A DNA stretch of 62,995 nucleotides, counting the filler, from Chiloscyllium plagiosum (Eukaryota): the NCBI RefSeq assembly GCF_004010195.1. It is 4 parts of one record of this genome, joined end to end, with 100 filler letters (N's around TTAATTAATTAA, not from the genome) between each part and the next. Parts side by side here need not be neighbours in the genome. Positions count along the whole stretch, not along the records: positions 1 to 29,428 come from NC_057711.1; 3 more parts are not named here. One strand, given 5' to 3'. Of this stretch, positions 1 through 12,344 are shown in pieces. The notes under the pieces were generated by a model. It was not told the origin of the DNA. It made no database searches and saw only the letters and a list, made by a program, of their open reading frames with translations. Made by a program: the position numbers and the translations under genes. Position 1 is the first letter of the stretch. Each line of letters opens with the position of its first letter.

Positions 1-1846
1 AGGGGGAAAGGAAAGGCTGGTAGGTATAGGGAATGCTGGATGACTAAAGAAACTGAGGGTTTGGTTAAGAAAAAGAAGGAAGCATATGTAAGGTATAGAC
101 AGGATAGGTCAAGTGAATCCTTAGAAGAGTATAAAGGAAGTAGGCGTATACTTAAGAGGGAAATCAGGAGGGCTAAAAGGGGACATGAGATAGCTTTGGC
201 AAATAGAATTAAGGAGAATCCAAAGGGTTTATACAAATACATTACGGACAAAAGGGTAACTAGGGAGAGAATAGGACCCCTCAAAGATCAGCAAGGTGGC
301 CTTTGTGTGGTGCCGCAGAAAAAGGGAGAGGTACTAAATGAATATTTTGCATCAGTATTTACTGTGGAAGATGTTATGGAAGATATAGAATGTAGGGAAA
401 TAGATGGTGACACCTTGCAAAATGTCCATATTACAGAGGAGGAAGTGCTGGATGTCTTGAAACGCATAAAGGTGGATAAATCCCCAGAATCTGATCAGGT
501 ATACCTGAGAACTCTGAGGGAAGCTAGAGAAGTGATTGCTGAGCCTCTTGCTGAGATATTTGTATCATCGATAGTCACAGGTGAGGTGCCGGAAGACTGG
601 AGGTTGGCAAACGTGGTACAACTGTTTAAGAAGGGCGGTAAAGACAAGCCAGGGATCTATAGACCGGTGAGCCTGACCTCGGCGGTGGGCAAGTCATTGG
701 AGGGAATCCTGAGGGACAGGATGTGCATGTATTTGGAAAGGCAAGGACTGATTCTGGATAGTCAACATGGCTTTGTGCGTGGGAAATAAGGTCTCACAAA
801 CTTGATTGAGTTTTTAGAAGAAGTAACAAAGAGGATTGACGAGAGCAGAGCAGTAGATGTGATCTATATGGACTTCAGTGAGGCATTCGACAAGGTTCCC
901 CATGGGAGACTGATTGGCACAGTTAGATCTCATGGAATACAGGGAGAACTAGCCATTTGGATACAGAACTGGCTCAAAGGTAGAAGACAGAGGGTGATGG
1001 TGGAGGGTTGTTTTTCAGACTGGAGGCCTGTGACCAGTGGAGTGTCACAAGGATTGGTGCTGAGTCCACTACTTTTTATTATTTATATAAATGATTTGGA
1101 TATGAGCATAAGAATATAGTTAGTAAGTTTGCAGATGACACCAAAATTGGAGATGTCGTGGATAGTGAAGAAGGTTACTTCAGATTACAACAGGATCTTG
1201 ACCAGATGGGCCAGATGGGCTAAGAAGTGGCAAATGGAGTTTAATTCAGATTAATGTGAAGTGCTGCATTTTGGGAAAGCAAATCTTAGCAGGACTTATA
1301 CACTTAATGGTAAGGTCCTAGGGAGTGTTGCTGAGCAAAGAGACCTTGGAGTGCAGGTTCATAGCTCCTTGAAAGTGGAGTCGCAGGTAGATAGGATAGT
1401 GACGAAGGCGTTTGGTATGCTTTCCTTTATTGGTCAGAGTATTGAGTACAGGAGTTGGGAGGTCATGTTGCGGCTGTACAGGACATTTGTTAGGCCACTG
1501 TTGGAATATTGCGTGCAATTCTGGTCTTCCTATCGGAAAGTTGTTGTGAAACTTGAAAGGGTTCAGAAAAGATTTACAAGGATGTCACCACAGTTGGAGG
1601 ATTTGAGCTACAGGGAGAGGCTGACACAGAGGGTGGTAGGTGTATGGAATGAGCTGCTCGAGGAAGTGGTGGAGGCTGGTAAAATTGCAACATTTAAAAG
1701 GCATTTGGATGGGTATATGAATAGGAAGGGTTTGGAGGGATATGGGCCAGGTGCTGGCAGATGGGACTAGATTGGGTTGGGATATCTGGACGGGTTGGAC
1801 CGAAGGGTCTGTTTCCATGCTGTACATCTCTATGACTCTATGACTG
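1..1846 (+). mobile_element. CR1 LINE, ORF2 (RT) 3' part, decayed
   Basis: Motifs YRPVSLTS, QHGF, YMDFSx[15 protein letters not shown], with stops and frameshifts. Internal deletion near 1625. Tail of (ctatgact)n microsatellite. Confidence 0.95.
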
Positions 1847-2536
1847 TATACCTGATCTTTCATTTAAATCACTCTGTGTGGACGTTTACTCTGGGCATAT
1901 TGCATACTCAATAATAATGATTAATTCATTGAATCTAAAGGGCTTTGGGATTTACTATGATTTAATGAAAATTGCACTAATGTGCTTCTTGGCTTCCCTT
2001 ATTCATTTCACCTCTGCTGTAGTGCACGAAGTAAAGGTAGCCGCCTTGCAAGCAGTTCTAATAAAGACAGAGTATAAGTCATATTTTACTTCAATAAAAT
2101 GCTGCTGAGATAGAGAGTTGAACAGCTATAGTAGATGTACATTTACTAAAAGAGGAACACAGAAATGTTCAGAGATGCTGTAGAGCTCTGAAAGAAGCAG
2201 AATGCAGCAGAAACACAGTGTGAGTCACATAATGGTTGTCAGCTTTCCTTTCCTGGCTCTCATCAAAATGAAAGATGGTACAAAGCTGAAATGGCAAGTT
2301 TTCCATTCACAATGGCAAAACTTTGAGATTGTGATAGATTTAATTGACAAGCAAAAACAGCTAAAGTTTGACAAAAGCTTTAAATTTTGCTATTAGAGGT
2401 TCCAATATCTGGGATGGAATTACTGATCTATAAATAGGTTGCTTTATATTTGGAATCTTGTCATAGTCAGTAAAAACTTTGGACCCTTATAAGGTTGCTC
2501 CTGTACTGATTGAAAGCCTGTTCCATTGTTAACTGT

Positions 2537-3233
2537 TGTTGAAAAGTGTGGTGGTGGAAAGGCGCAGCAGGCCAGGCAGCATCCGAGGAGCAGGAGAATC
2601 GACGTTTCGGACACAAGCCCTTGTTCAGGAATGAGGCTGGTGTGCCAAGCGGGCTAAGATAAGAGCTGGAACTGAGATAAGGTGGGGGGAGGGGAAATGA
2701 GGAAGCTGGAGAAATCTACATTCATCCTTGTGGTTGGAGGGATCCTAGGCGGAAGATGAGGCAGTGTGGTTGGATGAATATGAAAATAATAGTATGCTAA
2801 TGAAGCCAAATGTTACATGACCCTTTTAATGTGTAAGGGCTGCTTCACAGGGAATAATGAAGGGCAAATAGTCACATCCTCCTATGTACCACATGTATGC
2901 AAAGCAATATTAAGCTCAGGTACACAAATAGTTTGTGTGGCAGCATCAGGAAAGGGGAGAACCAATTATTGCCGATGGAGGTTTTACCTCTCCAGGGACA
3001 GTTAACAATGGGGAGAAAGTGAGGACTGCAATGCTGAGACCAGAGTTGAAAAGTGTGGTCACCTTTTCTTGCCTTTTATCTCAGCCCGCTTGGCACACCA
3101 GCCTCATTCCTGAACAAGGGCTTGTGTCCGAAACATCGATTCTCCTGCTCCTCGGATGCTACCTGGTCTGCTGTGTTTTTCCAGCACCACACTTTTCAAC
3201 TCTGGTCTCAGCATTGCAGTCCTCACTTTCTCC
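2537..3233. mobile_element. Complex Penelope-like terminal-repeat insertion with inverted copies and captured flank
   Basis: Minus-strand terminal repeat at 2537-2760 and plus-strand terminal repeat at ~3070-3233, ending cctcactttctcc. 14-bp TSD ccattgttaactgt at 2523-2536 and 3234-3247. Confidence 0.8.
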
Positions 3234-3467
3234 CCATTGTTAACTGTCCCTGGAGAGGTATAACCTCCATTGGCAATAACTGGTTCTCCCCTTTCCTGAT
3301 GCTGCCACACAAGCTATTTGTGCACCTGAGCTTAATATTGCTTTGCATACATGTGGTACATAGGAGGATGTGACTATTTGCCCTTCATTATTCCCTGTGA
3401 AGCAACCCTTACACATTAAAAGAGTCATGTAACATTTGGCTTCATTAGCATACTATTATTTTCATAT
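2778..3467. repeat. 282-bp inverted repeat (arms 2778-3059 and 3186-3467)
   Basis: Arms are reverse complements with about 7 mismatches by eye. Mirrored ORFs 2817..3005+ and 3240..3428- are nearly identical. Confidence 0.95.
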
Positions 3468-3924
3468 GCAGGAATGGTTTGCAAGCTGATTAATCCTTCC
3501 ACTTCCAAAATCAACTATTCTGGTGAATCTTAGCTGTTATTCTTGTGAAATGTTAATGACTGACTGGATTATCCATGAGAAAAGAAAAAGGAATGAAACC
3601 AGACAAACCACCAGATATCGATGAAGCCCTGTAGTTGTGATAGAGGAAGGAATTTTCTCTGATATGGGTACTGTGAAAGAGTATTGTTAGGCTAAATAGG
3701 ATTGCAGTTTACCATGTTTTTAGAAATCGTTTTACTTGCATTATCTGTGAATATTCCATCTGTGAATATTTGGTTTATTCCATTTTATCTTCATTTCTCT
3801 TGCATAATAAACCTCTGTTTAATAGGTAAAACCAAATCTGGCCCATTGCATGTTTGTGTTTCAGTGAAAGATTACTCCATTAAAACAACTGATTGATTGA
3901 TCCAGTAATAACATCAGCTGGGAT

Positions 3925-4552
3925 CACAGAGATGGGCTGAGAGGTGGCAGATGGAGTTCAACCTGGATAAATGTGAGGTGATGCATTTTGGAAGGTCGAA
4001 CTTGAAAGTTGAGTACAGGATTAAACTGTGTCTAGTTCTGGTCGCCCTATTATAGGAAAGATGTGTATGCTTTGGAGAGGGTTCAGAGGAGGTTTACCAG
4101 GATGCTGCCTGGAATGGAGGGCTTATCTTATGAAGAGAGGTTGACCGAGCTCGGACTTTTTTCATTGGAGAAAAGAAGGAAGAGAGGGGACCTAATTGAG
4201 GTGTACAAGATAATGAGAGGCATAGATAGAGTTGATAGCCAGAGATTTTTTCCCAGGGCAGAAATTGTTAACATGAGGGGTCATAGTTTTAAGCTGGTTG
4301 GTGGAAAGTATAGAGGGGATATCAGAGGCGGGTTCTTTACACAGAGAGTTGTGAGAGCATGGAATGTGTTGCCAGCAGGAGTTGTGGAAGCAAGGTTATT
4401 GGGGATATTTAAGAGACTGCTGGACATGCATATGGTCACAGAAATTTGAGGGTTCATACATTAGGTTTCCCTTACATGAGTATCAATGGTTAGCACAACA
4501 TCTTGGGCTGAAGGGCCTGTTCTGTGCTGTACTGTTCTATGTTCTATGTTCT
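3925..4552 (+). mobile_element. CR1 LINE 3' fragment
   Basis: [14 protein letters not shown]...RGDLIEVYKI...FFTQRVV, with a (ttctatg)n tail. Confidence 0.9.
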
Positions 4553-5008
4553 AGTAACGTGAATCCCTGAGGTTGTGATTTTCCCTATGCATTACTTGTA
4601 AAATGAATATAGTAGGGGGAATTAACAGTTAAAAGGTTCTGAATAGAAGGTCGATGAGTGTGGTTAAAGATCCTCCTGATTGCTAGCTATTAAAATTTGG
4701 TGTACAATGAACTTACGAGAATGTAATTATGTGGAAGGACCCTCCCTGCCCTGAGTGGAAGCCTTTCTGTCTTTACAAGGCCACTTTCACACTTAAAAAT
4801 GAAAACTCTGTCCCATAAGTGAAACAGCAGGAAGCAATTGGTAAGATGCTTGTGCCTCCCTCATTTAAACTGTTTCTTGAGGAGGACAGTGTTCTGAATT
4901 GTATTTGAATGTAAAATACTTGATCGCATGAGTGCACTTACTTGGAGTTCCAAATGCAAAATAAGGAAATATCATTCCTGAAAAATCAAATTATTTTTAT
5001 GTCCTCTG

Positions 5009-5347
5009 TAGGGTCCAACGAGGGAAGGGGTCATATTGGACCTGGTACTGGGGAACGAGCCAGGACAGGTGGTAGAAGTTGCGGTGGGGGATTTCTTTGG
5101 GAACAGTGACCGAAATTCTGTAAGTTTTGGAATACACATAGATAAAGATGAAAGTGGTCCTAAGGGAAGAGTACTAAACTGGGCCAAGGCCAATTATATC
5201 AAAATTAGGCAGGAGCTCAGAAATGTGGATTGGACACAACTATTTGAAGGGAAGTCCACATTTGAGATGTGGGAGGCTTTCAAAGATAATGCAGGTTGGC
5301 ATGTCCCATTAAAGGCAAAGATTCGTGAACTGTGGATGACAGGAGAA
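5009..5347 (+). mobile_element. CR1 LINE endonuclease/linker fragment
   Basis: LDLVLGNEPGQV...GNSD motif of the APE endonuclease C-terminus. Same family as 41178-41715. Confidence 0.85.
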
Positions 5348-5527
5348 ATTAGATTACTTACAGTGTGGAAACAGGCCCTTAAGCCCAACAAGTCCACACC
5401 GACCCTCCGAACAGCAACCCACCCAGACCCATTCCCCTACATTTACCCCTTCACCTAACACTATGGGCAGTTTAGCGTGGCCAATTCACCTAACCAGCAC
5501 ATCTTTGAACTGTGGGAGGAAACCCAC
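5348..5527 (-). mobile_element. HE1/V-SINE 3' fragment
   Basis: Reverse complement of the 3' half of the SINE at 12493-12816, including the (aatct)n tail. Truncated by the adjacent PLE. Confidence 0.85.
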
Positions 5528-7757
5528 AGTGGGAGGGGAGTTAAAGTGAGCCACGGGGCGGTTGGGTTGGTTGGTATGGGTGTCCCAGAGATGTTCTCTG
5601 AAACGTTCCGCAAGTAGGCGGCCTGTCTCCCCAATGTAGAGGAGACCACATCGGGTGCAGCGGATGCAGTAAATGATGTGTGTGGAGGTTCAGGTGAATT
5701 TGCGATGGATATGGAAGGATCCCTTGGGGCCTTGGAGGGAGGTGAGGGGGGAGGTGTGGGCGCAAGTTTTGCGCTTCTTGCGGTTGCAGGGGAAGGTGCC
5801 GGAAGTGGAGGTTGGGTTGGTGGGGGGTTTGGACCAGATGAGGGAGTCGCAGAGGGAGTGGTCTCTCATGAACGCTGATAGGGGTGCGGAGGGAAATATA
5901 TCCCTGGTGGTGGGGTCTGCCTGGAGGTGGCGGAAATGACGGACGATGATACGATGTATCCGGAGGTTGATGGGGTGGAAGGTGAGGACCAGTTGGGTTC
6001 TGTCCTGGTGGTGATTGGAGGCTTAGAGTTCAAAGGCAGAGCTGCAGGAAGTGGAGGAGATGCGGTGGAAAGCATCCTCGACTACGTCGGAGGGGAAATT
6101 GCGGTCTTTGAAGAAAGAGGCCATCTGGGTTGTTCGGTATTGGAATTGGTCCTCCTGGGAGCAGATGTGGCGGAGGTGAAGGAATTGGGAATATGGGATG
6201 GCGATTTTACAGGAGACAGGGTGGGAGGAGGTGTAATCTGGATAGCTGTGGGAGTTAGTCGGTTTGTAGTAAATATCTGCGTTGAGTCGGTCGCCCGAGA
6301 TAGAAATGAGGAGGTCTAGGAAGGGGAGGGAGGAGTCTGAGATGGTCCAGGTAAATTTGAGGTCGGGGTGGAAGGTGATAGTAAAGTGGATGAACTGTTC
6401 AATCTCCTCGTGGGAGCATGAGGTAGCGCCAATACAATCATCGATGTAGCGGAGGAAAAGGTGGGGATGGTGCCAGTGTAGCTGCGGAAGATGGACTGTT
6501 CCACATATCCGACGAAGAGGCAGGCATAGCTGGGGCCCATGCGGGTGCCTATGGCTACTCCTTTGGTTTGGAGGAAGTGGGAGGATTGGAAGGAGAAGTT
6601 GTTAAGAGTGAGGACCAGTTCAGTCAGTCGAAGGAGGGTGTCAGTGGAAGGGTACTGGTTGGGTCGGTGGGAGAGGAAGAAGCAGAGGGCTTGGAGGCCT
6701 TTGTGATGGCAGATAGAAGTGTATAGGGACTGGATGTTCATCGTGAAGATGAGGCGTTGCGGACCAGGTAAGCGAAAATCATGGAGGAGGTGGAGGGGTG
6801 GGTGGTGTCCCGAACGTAGGTGGGCAGTTCTTGGACTAAGGGGGACAGGACCGTGTCGACGTATGCAGAGGTGAGTTCGGTGGGGCAGGAGCAGGCTGAG
6901 ACAATAGGTCGGCCGGGGCAGCCAGGTTTGTGGATTTTGGGCAGGAGGTAGAAACGGGCGGTGCGGGGTTGTGGGACTACGAGGTTGGAGGCGGTGGATG
7001 GGAGATCCCCTGAAGTGATGAGGTTATGGACGGTCTGGGAGATGATGGTTCGGTGGTGGGAGGTGGTGTCATGGTCAAGGGGGCAGTAGGAGGAGGTGTC
7101 CGAGAGCTGGCGTCTAGCTTCAGCGGTGTAAGGATCGATGCGCCAAACTACCACCGCGCCTCCCTTGTCTGCTGGTTTGATGGTGAGGTTGGGGTTGGAG
7201 CGGAGGGAGTAGAGGGCTGCACGTTGTGAGGGTGAGAGGTTCCAACCCAACCCAACCTGCACCAACCAACCCAACCGCCCCGTGGCTGAACACTTTAACT
7301 CCCCCACCCACTCCACCAAGGACATGCAGGTCCTTGGCCTCCTCCATCGCCAGACCCTGGTCACATGACGCCTGGAGGAAGAGCGCATCATCTTCCGCCT
7401 AGGAACCCTCCTACCACACGGGATGAATGTAGATTTCTCCAGCTTCCTCATTTCCCCTCCCCCTACCTTATCTCAGTCCCAACCCCCGGTTTTAGCACCA
7501 CCCACTTGACCTGCAATCTTCTTCCCGACCTCTCCGCCCCCACCCCCCTCTCCGGCCTATCACCCTCACCCTCACCTCCTTCCACCTATCGTATTCCCAG
7601 CACCCCTCCCCCAAATTCCACCTCCCCACCTTTTATCTCAGCCCACTTGGCACATCAGCCTCATTCCTGAAGAAGGGCTTATGCCTGAAACATCGATTCT
7701 CCTGCTCCTCGGAGGCTGCCTGGCCTGCTGCGCTTTTCCAGCACCACACTTTCCAAC
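5528..7757. mobile_element. Penelope-like retroelement with 5' inversion (RT + GIY-YIG on minus strand 5528-7243; 3' end and terminal repeat on plus strand ~7258-7757)
   Basis: Minus strand: IKPADKGGAVVVW, RFYLLPKIHK, GTRMGPSYACLF, RYIDD and GIY-YIG-like IIYCIRCTRCGLLYIGETGR. Plus strand: PVAEHFNSP...LEEERIIFRLGTL, then a hammerhead-bearing terminal repeat. Confidence 0.92.
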
Positions 7758-9195
7758 CCGGATGGGATCTATCCCAGGTTGCTGAGGGAGGCGAGAAAGG
7801 AAATAGCTGGGGCCCTGACAGATATCTTTGTAGCATCCTTAAATACAGGTGAGGTGCCAGAGGACTGGAAGGTTGCTCATGTTGTCCCCCTGAAGGGTAG
7901 TAGGGATATTACAGGTAACTCTACAGACCAGTGAGCCTGATGTTGGTGGTGGGAAAGTTGTTGGAGAGGGTACTGAGGGATAGGATCTATATATATATAT
8001 TTCGAAAAGAATGGGCTTATCAGTGATAGGCAACATGGTTTTGTGTGGGGGAGATCGTGCCTTACCAATTTAATAGAGTTATTTGAGGAAGTGACCAAGC
8101 TGATAGATGAAGGCAGGGCTGTTGATGTCACATACATGGACTTTAGTAAGGCGTTTGATAAGGTTCCCCATGGTAGACTAATGAAGAAAGTTAAGTCACA
8201 TGGTGTGCAGTGTGTTCTAGCTAGGTGGATAAAGAAATGGTTGAGCAACAGGAGGCAGAGAGTAGTAGTTGAAGGGAGTTTCTCGAAATGGAGAAAGGTG
8301 ACCAGTGGTGTTCCACAGGGGTCAGTGTTGGGGCCACTGTTGTTTGTAATATACATAAATGATCTGGAAGAGGGCACTGTTGGTATGATCAGCAAGTTTG
8401 CAGATGACACGAAGATTAAAAGTGGCAGATGGATTTCAATCCAGACAAATGTGAAGCGATGCATTTAGACAAGACTAATTCTAGAGCGAATTATACAATG
8501 AATACCCTGAAGGTTGCTGCACAGGTGGATAGTGTGGTCAATAAGGCATATATTATGCTTGCCTTTATTGGATGGGTTATTGAGTATAAGAGCTGGCAGG
8601 TCATGTTAAAATTATACAAGACATTGATTCGGCTGGATTTAGAATACTGTATACAGTTCTAGTCACCACATTACCAAAAGGATGTGGACGCTTTGGAGAC
8701 GGTGCAGAGTAGATTTTCAAGGATGTTGCCTGGTATGGAAGGTGCTAGCTATGAAGAGAGGTTGAGTAGGTTAGGGTTGTTTTCATTAGAAAAAAGGAGA
8801 TTGAGGGGGGACCTGATTGAGGTTTACAAAATCATGAAGGGTATAGACAGGATGGATAGAGACAAGCTTTTTCCCCAGGGTGAAGGATTCAATAACGAGA
8901 GGTCACACTTTCAAGGTGAGAGGTGGAAAGTTTAAGGGGAATACACGCGGCAAGTACTTTACACAGAGGGTGGTGGGCGTGTGGAACGTGTTGCCAGCAG
9001 AGGTGGTAGAGGCAGGCACGGTAGATTCATTTGAGGTGCGTCTGGACAGATGCATGAGGAGGTGGGGAGCAGAGGGATACAGATGCTTAGGAATTGGGCG
9101 ACAGGTTTAGACAGTAGATTTGGATCGGCTCAGGCTTGAAGGGCTGAAGGGCCTGTTCCTGGGCTGTAAATCTTTTTTGTTCTCTTTGTTCTTTG
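7758..9195 (+). mobile_element. CR1 LINE ORF2 3' part, decayed
   Basis: [34 protein letters not shown]; internal deletions. Confidence 0.93.
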
Positions 9196-9635
9196 AATCC
9201 TGAAGCTCTCCAGTTTCAATATTCTGAGGTAACTGATAGACTGGGCCATCACTCAGCCATTTTACTGCTTCATTGTTACCCTGAACAAACTAAGAAAAAT
9301 ACCAGTGGAAGGACATTGTGATAGGGAAGAAGTAGAGGCAATGGAATCCAGGATCAAAGGTTAGGGTGAGAAGGCAGGAAAATGGATTGGGAAATATATT
9401 AGCCATTACCAAGTGGCAGAGTAAACTCAATTGGTTGAATGGCCTAATTCTGCGCTGATATCTATCGTCTTGTGGTCTGGGAGGAGTGATGGGATAGGGA
9501 ACCAAATGGCTGATAGCTGGAGAGGGGTTAGCCAGCAGTGTTGATGGTGTTCAGTGTAGGGAAAGTGGTGATGTTAACTGAAGGAGAAATGTTAGCCTAG
9601 TTAATTTCTTTGTCTTTCCTTCAACAATGGCATGA

Positions 9636-10060
9636 GATTAGATTGGATTCCCTATACTATGGAAACAGGCCCTTTGGCCCAATAATTTCACACCTATATT
9701 TACCCCTGACTAATGCATCTAACACTATGGGCAATTTAGCATGGTCAATTCACCTGACCTACACAGCTTTGGTTTCGTGGTGCTGGAAGAGCACAGCAGT
9801 TCAGGCAGCATCTGAGGAGCAGTACTGCTGTGCTCTTCCAGCACTGCTGTGCTCTTCCAGCACCACTAATCCAGAATCTGGTTTCCAGCATCTGCAGTCA
9901 TTGTTTTTACCTACACATCTTTGGACTGTGAGAGGAAACCCACACAGACACGGAAATAATGTGCAAACTCCACACAGACAGTCGCCTGAGGCTGGAATTG
10001 AACCTGGGTCCCTAGTGCTGTGTGGCAGCAGTGTTAACCACTGAGCCACTGTACCGCCCC
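9636..10060 (-). mobile_element. HE1/V-SINE interrupted by a PLE fold-back insertion (9773-9909)
   Basis: tRNA-like head (reverse complement of gggcggtacagtggctcagtggttaacactgctgcc) and V-domain. Insertion flanked by duplicated cctacaca(g/t)ctttgg. Confidence 0.88.
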
Positions 10061-10209
10061 TACGATATGTTACAACTTGGTCTGAATTTATCTCCCAAGC
10101 AAAGGGCAGGCTTTCTGATACCTTTTGTAGTGGATTGCTGATGTTTTGGCAGTTTAGCTGATTTAAAGGACTGTGCTCTCCCAAGTAGGGTCTATGCCTT
10201 TCCATAATA

Positions 10210-10295
10210 CACCTGATAAAGGAGCAGCACTCCGAAAGCTAGTGCTTCCAAATAAACTTGTTGTACTATAACCTGGTGTTGAGTGATTTTTAACA
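10210..10295 (+). mobile_element. PLE terminal-repeat fragment, second family, with hammerhead-like motif
   Basis: CAC-CTGATAA-A-GGAG(cagca)CTCC-GAAAGCTA-GTG. A reverse copy lies at ~35915-36020. Confidence 0.7.
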
Positions 10296-12344
10296 TAATG
10301 CAAGGGTATGTACAGAACAATCAGCTCAAGTTTACAGACTCAGAGGTTCCAGAACAATCCAGAACCTTTCAGGCACACTACAACTTCAAGAGTAAGTGGG
10401 CACACTGGAAGTTGTGGTGCTTTTGTGGCTGCTATTATAATCACAAGATCCAGGCCAATCAAGTCTGTTGATGTATGGGTTATAATGCATGCATTCTGGC
10501 CCCGCAAGGATACTAACAGACCTCTTTGTCCCGGTTTCTCCACCAGTGAAGCCTGTTGCCGCCAACACAGACTCTTTCCAATGGTCTCTGATAGAGGTGT
10601 GATAATCTCCCCTTTCCACACCAGCAATAATTTTTGACCCTGATAGCAGTCTTGCCAGCTTTGAATGGACATTTAAATGAATTCAGGGCATTAAAATTTC
10701 CTAAGCATTGCACTCCAAGGCAGGATTGTTCAAAATCACAGATAGAAAATTGTCAGTCATAATGTAGAAAACAGCCCTTTACAGAGAAAGCATTCAAGAA
10801 GTACGATTACAAAAATAGATTATAAACTGAATAAGATCGTGACATCATGAAGAATAAAAACAGAATATGAATCCAAGTGGAGTTAAAATGCTTGAAGCAC
10901 ATGAATGAGGAAATTTTAAATCCAAATTATTAAATAATTTGTTCTTTTGCAAAAAAAGGAATGTTTTTTGTCACAACAAATAATTTGTAATTAAAGATAA
11001 TAGGTTAGATTTTCTGATGAGTGAATGATCTTTCCTTTTTTGAAAGAAGGGAGCTCTGTATTTCTGAGAGTTGGGTGGAGGTCCAGGTCCATGGGGCCAT
11101 TCTTTCAGGGTAAACAGGTAAATAGGGTACCAGCTGGGGAGGGGATTGAGTTTCAGATGAATAGGATGCAAGATCAGTAGTGGGTAGAGTGCCAGATAAG
11201 TAAAGTGCCAGGGTGTCAGATAAGTAGGCTGTCAGTTGGATAACCTACTGGAATGCAAAATGGCAGGGTCAGTGATAGAGTGTTTAGGATGGGTCGGGGT
11301 GGTGGGGAGGGACTGGGTCCAGTCGGTGTCAGGAATATTCAGATTAGGACTGGTAAGGGTAGGAGAACCGAGTCCAGTTAGGGTGCTGATGGGGTTGTCT
11401 AGTCCAGGAGGAGGTTCAGATCAAGGCCTTGAGGGGGTGGGGGGGTATAAGTGGTCTCGGGAGGCATAGTTGGGTATGTATGTGAGGTAAGTATGGGTTC
11501 AGTTTAACATTTACTCATGAGATAGGTTATATATATAATAGCCGAATGTCTCTTCAGGAACCATTTTCCTTAATTTCACTGGAGATTTAAATAGATTTCT
11601 GGAGGTTTGCAGGCATTGGAGAATTACCCAGATTAAAATTCAATTTCTCAAGCAATATACTCAGAGTGTGCTACAATGGGGATTCCACAGGATTCCCATG
11701 TCCAACTCCCATCTACACTGGAATAATGACTGTCAGGTCATTGATGCAAATCCATGTACAATGTTAAACAGACTTTCATTTTAGAAAAGTGGTGACAGAC
11801 CAATGAGATCTTGAGATACTTAAAGGAAGGGGAAGCAGTTAGACAAGCAACCATAGTAACAATCAAAAATGTAAAGAATATTTATAAGATTGGATCATAA
11901 AATGGTCACCAGCCCCACCAATAGACAATTTTCTGTGAACATTTGTGAAATGGAGAGATTTGAATGTAAGGCCATCAGAGATATGTTGCACACTTTATTA
12001 CAAGTAGATTATATATTTTCTTTCAGCCAGTAACTAAGGTGTGATTTAATTTTTTTTGTTGCTTGGTATGGAAGTATATTTAGTATTTGGCTACATACAC
12101 ATTAATTAATGTTTTCAAATGGTTGATCAAAATAAGATCAGGAAAACAAACACATGGTTCTCAATTGATGAAAATACAGAAAAGAAGTAATAAATAAATG
12201 AAAGATGATGAGAAAGCAATGACGAAAGCTAAATTGTGCTTCAATTCACCAGTGTCAGCATGGTTTTATGAAGGGCAAGTGCGTTTGACAAACTTGTTGG
12301 AGTTCTTTAAAGATGGATTCTGGGTAATCCAAGATGGAGGATGG

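Noticed and set aside
10308..10713. Overlapping ORFs on both strands in unique-looking DNA, considered as MINAR2 exon 3
   Set aside because: No FWL/YTPG motif, no recognisable homology and no convincing splice-site pair.
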